Shown here piece after piece: positions 40,462-52,566 of a stretch of 64,000 nucleotides of DNA; the stretch's first letter is position 1; the number at the start of each line of letters is the position of its first letter. Source of the stretch: Octopus bimaculoides (lineage: Eukaryota); the NCBI RefSeq assembly GCF_001194135.2, contig NC_069000.1, forward strand, positions 2,910,865 through 2,974,864. The letters run 5' to 3'. A program made the position numbers and the translations under genes. Under the pieces are notes generated by a model. It saw only the letters and a list, made by a program, of their open reading frames with translations. It was not told where the DNA came from and ran no database searches.

Positions 40462-40500
40462 ACTAGCAGAAAGGCGGCCCTGTGGGCGGTTTTTCCGCCG
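40462..40500 (-). mobile_element. Probable Helitron 3' terminus (GC hairpins + CTAG|T)
   Basis: Minus strand reads ggcggaaaaccgcc/gccc-aca-gggc, then 10 nt, then CTAG followed by T. It is an isolated GC-rich patch in AT-rich DNA. Confidence 0.45.
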
Positions 40501-40596
40501 GCTACTCGAGAATATTTTCACATTTGATTCCCATTTCTAATAATTTTTAATGATATTTCACGTCTAAATATTTCTTTGTATAATAGTGCTCATTGT

Positions 40597-40797
40597 GTTA
40601 GTATTTGTTCCTCACAAGCGCTTGCCAACCGGTATTGGTGTGTTTACGGCCCCGTAACTTATCGGTTTGACCCGATACAATAAGTACCAAGCTTAAAATA
40701 ATAATTATTGGGATCGATTCATTCAAAATCCCTAAAGGCGGTGCCCCAGTGTGGTCGCCGTCGAATGACAGAAACAAATGAAAGATAAAGATGAATA
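40597..40797 (+). mobile_element. SINE family B, 3' half
   Basis: gcttgccaaccggtattggtgtgtttacggccccgtaactt...aataagtacc...ctaaaggcggtgccccagtgtggtcgccgtcgaatgacagaaacaaatgaaag. Confidence 0.8.
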
Positions 40798-41357
40798 TAA
40801 ATGGTATCTAAACGAATAAATATCATGCGATTTCTTTTTAGTCATCACATTTAAAGAATATAACGCACATTACAAATAGCTGTGGCCTCTTATGATGGAT
40901 CGATATTACACATTTTAGGTTATAAAATTACAACCCTAACGAGAACAAGAAAAAACTATTTACATAATCACGCTGAGGAAGAAACACAAAGGACAGAGCA
41001 ATGGAATTTAAATCATTTAAATTAAATTTTGGCAAAAAAATTTTCTTTAATTTTAAACTTTGTAACTGTCTCAGCTTTATTGCTTGAGTAAAAATGATCA
41101 TTAAGCTAATGACAATTTCTCTATGAGTAGTATTTCAAGCACCGAGCTTTCACGCAGATTGAAAGCCTGGGTATATTTTCCTTGTGTTTATTTCAATATC
41201 ATAATATTATATTTATATTGCATAAACCGAAGACCAGGAAGGATCTTTAGCATGTCAGAGAAAATGCTAATGGCATTTCTTTCGCTTCCTCAGTTTCTGA
41301 ACTCAAATTTCGTCGTTGTCAGTTGTGCTTTTCCCATCTCAGTGTCAAAAAAAAAAT

Positions 41358-41435
41358 ACCAGTTGAGCACTGTTGATCGACGGGATAGACTACTCCATTC
41401 CCCTAAAATTACTGGCCTTGCGGGAAGAGTTAAAA
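41358..41435 (+). mobile_element. SINE family A, 3' fragment
   Basis: taccagttgagcactgttgatcgacgg...cccctaaaattactggccttg. Confidence 0.5.
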
Positions 41436-42182
41436 CCAATCATTGTACTGTACTAAACCTGAATCTGTTGTGAAATCATGATTAAAGATGAGCAAAGATA
41501 TTGTATTCACCTGTATCCTGGTTAAGATAATATATATTTTTCATGCATCCCACAAAACGAAATTTTAAAATATGAGAAATATGGTATATTACATACTCTC
41601 TCTACAATGCATAGTAGAATAGATACTGACACGTAAATAGACAATGGCAAAATATATGTAAACTAAAAAGGCTTGAATTCTCTTTGGATTTCGAAAACAA
41701 ATGTTATTTCACAGAAGGCCTGACTTCATGCAATTCCTGATATCTTTTTGATTCAGTTTTGCTGTGAGATGTTATCTGTTTATTTGTTCGAATCAATGCT
41801 TAAAGACATCATAACCATGGTTACTGTTAAATCAAAATCCTTGAAAAGTAAGAATTTTCCAAATTTTCTATTTTTCTTTTCCCTCAGTGCAACCTGCAAC
41901 GTTACTCACGTATATCTTTTTATAATTAAAGTTTCTATATTATTTTCTGGAATGTACAGAAAATATTCCGCTGCAGCACTGTGCGCGCGTTTGCACATAC
42001 CAAGAGAGGGAGTAGGGAACCGTTTTTGGCATTATTTGAAAAGTTATATAATAATTTTGCATAATCTTTAGCTTCTAATACATACTTCACATAAATATAA
42101 CAACCACATACTGAATATAATACTGGAATCATAGGTGTGCTTCAAGAGAACAGCCTGAATATTAAACATATTGATGATGATG

Positions 42183-42216
<34 letters not shown>

Positions 42217-42261
42217 TGGACAAACACGAACAAACAAACATAGAAAGATATATGTCCGTCT

Positions 42262-42293
<32 letters not shown>

Positions 42294-42312
42294 TAGAAAG
42301 AAAGCATGGTTA

Positions 42313-42462
42313 TGATACGCTTCTGCACAGTTTCCATCTACCGTATTCACTCACAAGTCATCAGTAATCCTGGGGATATACTAATACACACCCTAGGTGT
42401 AGTACCGTCGGACTGAACCTGTAAGCACCTGACTACAGAGCGAACTGACGCAACACACAGCC
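42313..42462 (-). mobile_element. SINE family B, decayed 5' half
   Basis: gatacgcttctgcacagtttccatctaccgtattcactcacaag...ggactgaacc...caacacacagcc aligns with 39590-39742. Confidence 0.6.
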
Positions 42463-43844
42463 TCTCTCTTTTTGAACTCAGCAATCTTTCTCTGAACGCT
42501 TCTTTTATGCTTTCTGCATGATTACAATTTTTCTCGTTTATTCTGTGTTAAATTTTTTCCATCTGTTTTTATCTCCCAAATGGTATTTTTTTCTTCGTTT
42601 ATTCTCAGTTGATTTGTTTTTATTCAACACGATCATTCTACATGTTGCTATTCTTTTCTTTCATTAAACTCCTTCCTTCTCTCTCTCTGTCTCTCTCCCA
42701 CCGGTTTACACACTATTCTCCTCCTCTATTTTCTCAAATGAATTCGTCCTTTTCTTTTCCTTTAATCAAGTTTCCTCTAATCTTCTCACTGTATTTTTTT
42801 TACTTTCTTAATTTTTATTCATCATTAAACAGTTACTTTTTTTTAATTTGTATTTTTCTGTTATCTCTTGTCATCGCTAGAGGGACCTAAAATGCTATAA
42901 AGCTTCATCATCATTCATGGTTCTGCATAAAATTAAAAACTGGTAAGAACCGTACAACAACAAAATCGATTTTGTAAAAATTTACTGATTCAATTAGTAA
43001 AAAAAAAAAGAGAGAAAAACTGCGAAAATAATTTTATAATCTAATTGTATTTTACTTTCAATACTTTTATTTTTTCCCCTAAATTATTACTAAAATAAAA
43101 TTTGTTTAATGTTCTGTTTTTTTTCTCTCTCCCAACAGCTATCAAAAACGCATAAAAATCAATCATATCCTAATATATATTCACCAGTCTTGTTTGATTC
43201 CGATATGTATTTGCATACGCGTCCATTTACGTCATAGTTTTTCGATCAGCGCAATGTATAACACGGCAGCAGCTGTCACAGTCCCCGCTAACGATGAGTG
43301 CACCTTCCCTGAAGTTTATAAATAACTTCTTTCTTTTTATTTTCCTTAATATATGTTAATTTATTAAAATTATCTCCCCTTTGTGAGTTGCTAACGAATG
43401 CCGTTGTTTTCTGTGTCTTCCCCAAGTATAAATATCTTAATTGCCTTAATACCACGTTCAACGATCTGTCCATTCATGCATAATTGACTTATGTATATCT
43501 AGGTTATTGTCTTATTTGAGTGCAGTTTGTTGGATAACTTTGTATTTTTATTTATCATTTCTTTTAAATTTCACGTAACCTTCCATCAATTTGTGAAAAA
43601 TATGTTAATTGATGATTTTAATTTAGGTGTATTTGCTGTATCGTATGCAGATCGGTATAACATAAGCAGAAGTAGTACGAATTATTTTATTGTTTCATTT
43701 ACTGGACGGACTTGAGAGGAGAGAAACAAGCTTGTGACAAGTAATAATGAGTTTCATATATGAACACATACCACCCTACACAGGCGCGCGCACACGATCA
43801 AACAACTCACCAAGCATGCGCGCGCGGTCACATGCCACCATTCA

Positions 43845-43878
43845 GACTCACACACACACATCTATCTATCTATCTATC

Positions 43879-43919
<41 letters not shown>

Positions 43920-43945
43920 GTATATATATAGAAATATATATATAG

Positions 43946-44025
<80 letters not shown>
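43845..44025. repeat. (CA)-(TCTA)-(TC)-(TA)n compound microsatellite
   Basis: Read directly. Confidence 0.95.
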
Positions 44026-44028
<3 letters not shown>

Positions 44029-44966
44029 CGTTTGTGTATGCGATACACACATTTTCGCATATATGATTGTATGTAGGACTATACTTTTCAACATATGCAC
44101 CTATAAATGTTTTTGTTACAGATAAAGGATTGAAATAATTATACATAAGCCTCTTAGCGAAAGACGTGCAAATACTGATTTTGTGGAATGCATTTCCTAT
44201 ACATTTTTTATATAGTTGTTATTAAATCTCTGTTATTATATTCTTAGCTATGAAATATTTTGAAGTATTTTTTCCTTCTCATGAACTGTAATCGTTATAT
44301 TTAGTGTTAACATTGCTAATGCAATGCAATATTCGAACAATGTTACTGCGAAACTGAACTGAAGTCTACGTTCTTCATATCAAGTTCATTTTCCTGTAAG
44401 GTACGTAAGATGAAAGTGAACGAAACGTGCACTTCTCCGCCATACGTTTCATTCACGATAATTTCCGAAATAACAGTGAACGGTTTGTGTGATTTGTAGA
44501 TACGTAGTTTAAAAAACGATAACTAATTATAAAGGTTATGCTTCAGGGCCATCGGTGTAAAACACAACATCAAATTAGGCTTGAAAATAATATATTCTGC
44601 AACTATGTTATGCAGTAAAATCTCTTTTAAAATATGGACGGAAAATTTGAACGCTAAACCAGTTTTGGTCCCGAATCTGTAGAAGTAAATATGAGAAAGT
44701 ACTGAATCTATTTGTCTATATGTGTTTAAGTCTTATTCTTACTTCATAAATATATTGCTCCACATGAAACTGGGTTACTTATAGATGAACCATCAAATAT
44801 ATATATGTTTGTAAATACGAGTGTGTGTGCGCATGCCTGTTATTTTTCATACACATATTTATATATATTTCTTTTAACACATATATGTGATTTTTTTCAA
44901 ACACGCAGCCACGCCCCACACACACGCATATATGCATTTTCTTACCACCATGAACGTATTCGTTTG

Positions 44967-45191
44967 TAGACGTCATCCTGATAACACACATCATGCCTTT
45001 AGGCAAAGGTAAATAGAGGAGGATCTGTGAATTATGATTTTATTTAACATATTCCCCTCGCAGATTCACGCACTTATTACAAAGGTCCCTTAGTGTTTCT
45101 AATCCCTGTAAAAGAACTCGGAAGGCTAGATCCCCAAACCAATCCATTTGTGATAGTCTTAAAGTCAGGAACTTTTCAGGACATTCTCGTA
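44967..45191. mobile_element. Mariner-type MITE, ~225 bp, left TIR decayed
   Basis: Right end aaagtcaggaacttttcaggacattctcgTA (reverse complement TAcgagaatgtcctgaaaagttcctgacttt). Left end TAgacgtcatcctgataa(cacaca)tcatgccttt. TA termini and a tacgag...ctgaaaagttc TIR are typical of mariner elements. Confidence 0.6.
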
Positions 45192-45212
45192 TGTATATGT
45201 CTCTCCCTCTCT

Positions 45213-45259
<47 letters not shown>

Positions 45260-45794
45260 TGCATTTATGTGCGCAGGTGTGGAAATATATGTCTATGTGT
45301 ATACAATGTATTTGGAGAATAGAATTTTAGAGTGAGTAGCAGTATAAATGTATACCTGTATTAAAACTAGTAATCTCATTTTCGGTTACATATTTAATAA
45401 ATTTGGCATTAAAGAGCTAACTAGAGCTTGTACCGAATAAATTACCATGTGAATATAAACGCTGCTACGTTAGATTTCGTTAATAATTTACTTTGACATG
45501 ACATCTGCTCTCCAAACAAGAGGTGATTTAGTATATATATTTGTGATTTAGTATATATACCGTATAAGAAACATGTATATATGCTTATACCTGTCCAAAT
45601 TAAATATGTATGCGTACATACTTATTATATTCATCTGCATAATCTCCTCACCACTGACACGTATATATGATGCATAGTGTCAACAGAAATGATTACATAT
45701 ATGAAGACAGAGATGTATGTAAGTGCGACTATATTTCTATATTTGTATGTGTGCGAGTCTGTTAATCGGAGTGCCTGGCTCTTTCCTCGAAACT

Positions 45795-46200
45795 CTCAGC
45801 AAGTATATGTGTGTTTACTGGTCGGCCTCGAGCTGACCAAAGCCTTGCGAGGGGATGTGGTTTTCAGAAACTGTAAAGTAGTCCGTCGTATATAAATGTA
45901 TCTAAGTGTTTGTGTGTGTATCTTTGTTTTCTACTGTAGGCACAAGGCCTGAAGTTTTAGGGGAGGGGGCCAGTGATTAGATCGACCCCAGTACGCAACT
46001 GGTTCTTAATTTATCGATAACGAAAGGATGAAAGGCAAAGTCGACCTCGGCGGAATTTGAACATAATGTAAAGACAGACGAAATATCGCTAAACATTTCG
46101 CTCTGCGTGCTAACGTTCCTGCCAGTTCGCTGCCTTTTGCTTGTATTTTATATCTGCATTTGTCCCTCACTACCGCTTGACAACTGGTGTTGTTGCTTTA
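45795..46200 (+). mobile_element. SINE family B copy interrupted by a family A insertion
   Basis: The 5' part (ggcctcgagctgaccaaagccttg...agtccgtcgtata) ends near 45926. The sequence resumes at 46137 with tttgtccctcactaccgcttgacaactggtgttg. Confidence 0.65.
45927..46136 (-). mobile_element. SINE family A, full length, well preserved (nested)
   Basis: ttctactgtaggcacaaggcc...gatcgaccccagtacgcaactgg...gaaaggatgaaaggcaaagtcgacctcggcggaatttgaac...ctgccagttcgctgcctt. Confidence 0.9.
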
Positions 46201-46315
46201 TTTTATCTACAACGAAAGGATGAAAGACAAATTCGATGTTGACGGAATATGATCTTGGAACGTAATGCCGGACGGATCGCCGCTTAGTTTTCTGCCAAAT
46301 TCTTCTGCCAGTTTT
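46200..46315 (-). mobile_element. SINE family A, decayed 5' half
   Basis: tttatctacaacgaaaggatgaaagacaaattcgatgttgacggaat...ttctgccagtt. Confidence 0.6.
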
Positions 46316-48849
46316 CCACAATTATGTAAATGTATCTATTGTTACCACACATAATTGTGTCTACTATGTATGTAGTAGAGTTAACAATATTCCTACTTAT
46401 TCATTTAGTCCTCTGAGATCCGTTTAACATGTTGGTCTGCATAATTTTATACCTCCCAAGCATTCCGTTATAATATAAAATCATGTAGAGTAGAGCTGAT
46501 AATCTCTGACACGCTTTATACACATTCATTTTCGGGCATTGATATGATCTGGCACTGAGTTAAGTGACTGGCTAAAGGCAAGCAACGCACTTACCAACAT
46601 AAGGTGGTTCTGATACCTCTATACAAAAGACTCAATGTTATAATATCACTTCATTATATTATAACATTTCCGCATTGTATATATCATAGCATTAGCATCT
46701 TTCAATGACAATATTAACATACTTAAATCTGTTGGTCGTTAAATATGTAAAAACAATATTATAAGCTCGCGAATAAACAGTTGGCGTCGTCTAATTCAGC
46801 TGGATATCTCGAATTTGCTATTGTCAATTGCACCTGCGACAAATTCTATATATCTGGACCGCATATTGGTGTTTATAGAACAAACACACATTGACATTAA
46901 CACAATGTAAACATACTAGCTTAATGAGCCAATGACGAAATATTTACACGTCCATTCGACTTTCAAGTTGCAGCAAGTGAGTAATTGTCTGATCACAGGC
47001 GCACACACGCTTGTCTTAAGTCAGTTGGAAGTTTAAGTCTAAAGGATTGTTTCTTTGATATCATCACTCCAGTATTTGATTGAAAATTATGTTATGGAGC
47101 ACGAAGAAATATAAGGTATGGTTTGACATCGGTGCGATTTTGCCTTAATAAATCAAGATATTGCTACATATTCTGTTCGAAAGTAATAACATTTTCAACC
47201 TGTCATCAACCATGCAAGTTTCACATGAGCTTGCTAGTAGTTAGTTCGTGTTTAACAGCGATGGAGTGAGGGATTGTTTTTGTTCATAACCGGTTCCCAT
47301 AGAAATTATACGCAGATCAAAATCCAATAGTGGGGTAGGATAGGGACAGGTATTTGAGGCGAAGGATTGGGAGATATATCTGGGTTGCAGTCGCTTGAAT
47401 AAGAAGACAAAAGATTTGCTTCAAGATGAAAAACAATAGTGATAAGGTAGTCTTTTTACACTATTATAAAATTAAAAAACAACATTAAATATAATCGTCA
47501 TAGCTAGGTTTCATCATAGGGCGACGACATGATAAGAGGTAACTTGAGGTAAAATCGACAGAGTAGCGATAAGAAACAACACACAAGACACAACCTAAGT
47601 CGGAGAGTTTACCCCACTATCGACGTGGCCAGCTCGGAATTGCTTTTCGTCTCTTGATTAGTATGCTGTGATAAATTAGAGACTCGCGTGTTTCAAATCA
47701 CTAATTATTTTTATCGAACAATTCTATTTCATCTGTGTTGTTCAAAATTAAATTATGCTTTTTATTTATTTATTTAATCATTTCTTCTTGAATATTCTTT
47801 GGAAAGCAAAAGCCATTTTGCAGGTGAATGCCATCATATTTTTTTTCTTTTTTACGTTCTACATTAGAATGAAGGAGTGTTATCTTTTGAAGAATATTAA
47901 CGTTAATAACCGTGTAAAAATGAATTTCTTCCTCCAAAACATTATAACCACACAGTCAGGAGGACATATTATCAAAGACAAAAATCTCATCCTTTATTCA
48001 GTATATTCTTTTAATCTCTCCTTTTTGTACAGTAAATTTTCAGTCCAACACATATTTAGTCTTATAGATATATGGAGAATGAATCAAGAAATAAATATAC
48101 GTAAATTGTAAAGAAAACAATAAAACAGGAATATATATAAAATGGAAAATAACGAAACCTGTCCCTTGCGATTAGACATCACAAAAAAATGTGAACATAA
48201 GTATAGCATTGGCATAGATATTATCCATTCATTCCCAGATAATAAGAAAAGAAAAGAAAAAAGAGATAATTCCATTGCAGCGAAAATTTATCGACTTTTA
48301 GGCCTTTCCTGCTAGTCTATCAAATAGTTTATGTGACATAAGTATATGTAATGAGGAAACTATGCCTAATAGCTGGTAATGTATTTGAAGCAACTGTATA
48401 TGAAAACTAGTCGATGCTGTTCTCTGAACGTAATGTCTGCTTGAACATTCCATCCATCTACTTGATAACTGAGGAATGTACACATTAGTTCGAAACCAAT
48501 ATAAAACAAAAATATGAAAGAAAATGACGAACGTTATGGTAGAAGTTGGTTTTTGATAATTTCTCCAAAAATGTGACTTAAAAATAGCTGGATGCTTTAA
48601 AACTGTCCTTCGTTTCGTAGTGTTTGATCAATAATATTTGTGGAAAAAATATTCTAAAAGACAGCGGCGTACAATGAAATTTCGAACATTACATACTTAG
48701 TTTTGTAACACGTTTAAATTTGAATATCTTCCAGTGGTAAATATTTCTGCTGTCAATTTGAGAAACGATTCAAACGCATATATCGTTCATACGGGTGCTT
48801 TTACATGCGTGACTCTATTTGTGTTATCTGGTGTATGTATGTGTTTGTT

Positions 48850-48904
<55 letters not shown>

Positions 48905-49439
48905 AAAATTTGCGCCCGTTGTCTTCATGTGTGTACTTATAAAGTTTAAGCATATTTTGTAAACAGTCAATATTGCCTACGTATTAGTTGTCTATAAAAT
49001 GATTTGTGTATACGATACTTAATTCACGCAAAAACAGGAAATAGTTAAATGCACTCGAATCTTTAATTGAATATATCTGTACAACTAAGGGAGAGTTGAG
49101 TTAGGAAATGAGGGAACAGATAAAACCTAAGTTGGACAGAAACATCGGAAGCAAACGAAGAGAGAAAGAGAAATAAGAAGTTAAGGAGGAAGAATTAGGA
49201 TGAAAATATATTGGCAATACAATATTAATTTGACAATGCAAGTAATATTAATATTAACTGGCAAAGCAGTTATTAATATTAATTATAAATCGTGTAATAT
49301 GAGGCAGACTTGATTATCTTTACGATAAACACTTGATTATTCTATGTTTCACAACTTTGTTCTTGTGATACCAATAATCAATATCTGATATATTCTTTGG
49401 AATTCTGAAGTGACACGTCGCTAAAATAATCCTACTGTA

Positions 49440-49815
<376 letters not shown>

Positions 49816-49874
49816 ATATATACATATTCAATTGTGACTGACAACATAGATAGAATATATATTCAATTGTATGT

Positions 49875-50240
49875 GACAGCATGGAACTGTGGCTAGGATC
49901 GCCTTTAAGTACAACCTTTAATTACTTTTCAACAGTAACTTCTTTCCACGGACTTGTTCAAGGTTTCTCCCTTTATTTTAGAGAAACATTGATACATCGA
50001 TTCGAAAGCATTCAATTCTCATGGTGGTATCTGACAACTATCTCCGGCTTGTTGACTTTTATTTCTCTATATGCGTATATTGGCATATCCCTCAGTATGG
50101 CTCCCTTCTCATTTCCGCTGAGTTTCTCTGGTGTGTGCGTACACCATCTTTTTTTGTTCTTATTCCATAGTATTGGCATAACTTCCAGTGTATATAGATC
50201 CCAACTCTGTCGTGTCTGTGAATATATTCCTTCTTAGCCA
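49875..50240 (+). mobile_element. Decayed Penelope-like RT fragment
   Basis: QHGTVA-GSPLSTTFNYF (GSPLS at 49896-49910) resembles G.AMGSPLxPxxANxF. It is followed in PLE order by LYF/RNIDT (49982-49996, cf. RYIDD), FNSHGGI, LLFLYMRI (cf. LxFLDxxI) and SVYRSQLC (cf. LxxRAxxIC). Confidence 0.5.
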
Positions 50241-51159
50241 GGAATATTCCTTCCTATTATTATATTCCTGCTTTTTCCTTATCTAAAAATTATTATGACC
50301 GGTCTATTATGTTCTAGCTTATTATTATTAATTATTATTATTATTATTATCCTCATCATTATCATCTCTTTTAGTCTAGAGGAAATTAAGTTCCCTTTTC
50401 TCTCCCCTGAACTCACTGGACTGATCTGTGTTTCGGCGGATGTTTGTAGATAGAAGAACTAGCCTCAATGCTTGCATAAAACAACGAAGGAAACACAATG
50501 TGGTATTCAACAGGGTGATAAAGTAAGTCTACGCAGTTCATTGACATACTGCGATTAACAATCAGACCGCCTTGAAATCAATCACAAGGAGGGCAACTTA
50601 AATTTAAAATGATGCATTAGATAACAAGGTGCATAATCGAAGTGGAGTAGGTCAAGCATGACCACTGTGGTACCCTCTCTGTTAGAATGCTAGATTTAGA
50701 AAACGTAGAAAATGTGGACAATAGGTCCCTGAACCCGTGTCTGCCTTGTGATGATGTGTGACATTCTGTTTGGAAGCTGATAAAAATTTTTTATTGGGGT
50801 GGGGGGTGTTGGTGCGTGTGTATGTTTATATGTGAGAGCTTGTGTTTGTGTGTGTCTGTATCTGCGTTTGTGTATGACTCTTTGTGTATGTGTGTTTGTG
50901 CATGTGTTTGTGTGTCTGCGTGTGTGTCTGTGTGTTTGTGTCTGTCTGAGTGGTAACTGTACCACCGTCCCCTAATGTGGGAATATTATTCCATTTACAC
51001 AATCTATAACTCTATATGTTACTTTAAACGATTGATTGGTGTTTATGTGTTGTCCAAAGTAAATCAATACTATTATTCGCAATGCTGATATAATTTGATC
51101 GATATTTGAATTATGTATTTATGAAAAGCTGCATATGTTTATCAAATAGTCAAGATATA

Positions 51160-51190
51160 TGAATGCACACACACACATACATACATATAT

Positions 51191-51246
<56 letters not shown>

Positions 51247-51464
51247 NNNNNNNNNNATATATATATATATATGTATACATACACATATACATACACATGT
51301 ACATACATATATGTATTCATACATAGATATATACATAAATATAGACATATACATATATATATATATTCATGCATATATATATCTACATGTTTATATATAT
51401 CTACATGTTTATATATTCACACATACATACATATACATATATTCACACACACATATATATTCAC

Positions 51465-51495
<31 letters not shown>

Positions 51496-51500
51496 CGTAC
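51160..51500. repeat. (CATA)/(CA)/(TA) compound microsatellite with a 10-N gap
   Basis: Read directly. Confidence 0.9.
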
Positions 51501-52057
51501 ATACATTTCGTACGATGATAATTCCTTTTCTCATGCAAATGTCCCTTTTTGTAATCGTTCTAGTTTGATCTCACTGAGACGTACAACCATGAATTTATTC
51601 TAGGGAGTCGTCACTTTGGCTGCAAATCGTAAAATCTCCAAAGCTGCTTTGGCAATCATGTCTGTCTATTCTCTCATAAGCATTGATCTCCTACTAAACA
51701 ACGCAGAAAGGCACAGATGAAAGAAATTCATGAATGGAAACCAATTGCTATAAATGTATTCTTTGGTGTTGCTTTGGTGCTCATTTGGGACATCATTCTC
51801 TCTTTCTCTGCATCTCCTTCTTTTTGTCTGTCTGCCTGTCTCTCTGTCTCTCTCTCATTGCCTATCACTTTCTTGTACGAACATTTTTTTATTCCACTTG
51901 ATATCAGTCGATATTTTGAATAAGTAGTAGTAGTAGTAGTAGTAGTGATCTGGTGTGGTTATTTTAATGGCCTAACAATGTATACTGTGAGATTGTTTGC
52001 CCCAATGTTGGGGAGACACTCGGCAGAAAATGGAAACGAAATTGAAAGAAGATAATG

Positions 52058-52095
<38 letters not shown>

Positions 52096-52308
52096 CGTTT
52101 CTACTATAGGCATAAGGCCAGAAATTTTAGGGTAGTGTGTATGTCGACTACATCAATTAAAATGCTCAAGTAGTACTTAATTTATCGACACCGAAACGAT
52201 AAAAGGTAAGTCGATCTCGGCGGAAGTTGAGCTCAGAACATTAAAATGAATGCAATATCGCTAAGCATTTCGCTAGGTAGGTTAATTATTCTGCCTGGTC
52301 ACCGCCTT
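52096..52308 (-). mobile_element. SINE family A, full length, (AAT)n on its tail side
   Basis: tttctactataggcataaggccagaaatttt...tacttaatttatcgacaccgaaacg...tcggcggaagttgagctcagaac...accgcctt. Confidence 0.85.
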
Positions 52309-52346
52309 GATAGCAATAATAATAATAATAATAATTATTATTATTA

Positions 52347-52566
52347 TTTCTACAATAAGCGCAAGGACCAGAATTTGTGGGGAGGGGATAGTCGAATAAG
52401 TCAATCACATCGACCCAAGTACATACCTGGTACTTAAGTTATCGAAACCGAAAGGACGAAAACCAACATCAAACTCGGCGGAATTTGAACTCAGGACCTA
52501 GCGACGGGGCAAATACCGCTCAGCCTTTCGTCCAGCGTACTAACGATTCTGCCAGCTCACCGATTT
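52347..52566 (-). mobile_element. SINE family A, full length, tandem with the previous copy
   Basis: ttctacaataagcgcaagg...atcgacccaagtacatacctggtactt...ctcggcggaatttgaactcagg...taacgattctgccagctcacc. Confidence 0.85.
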
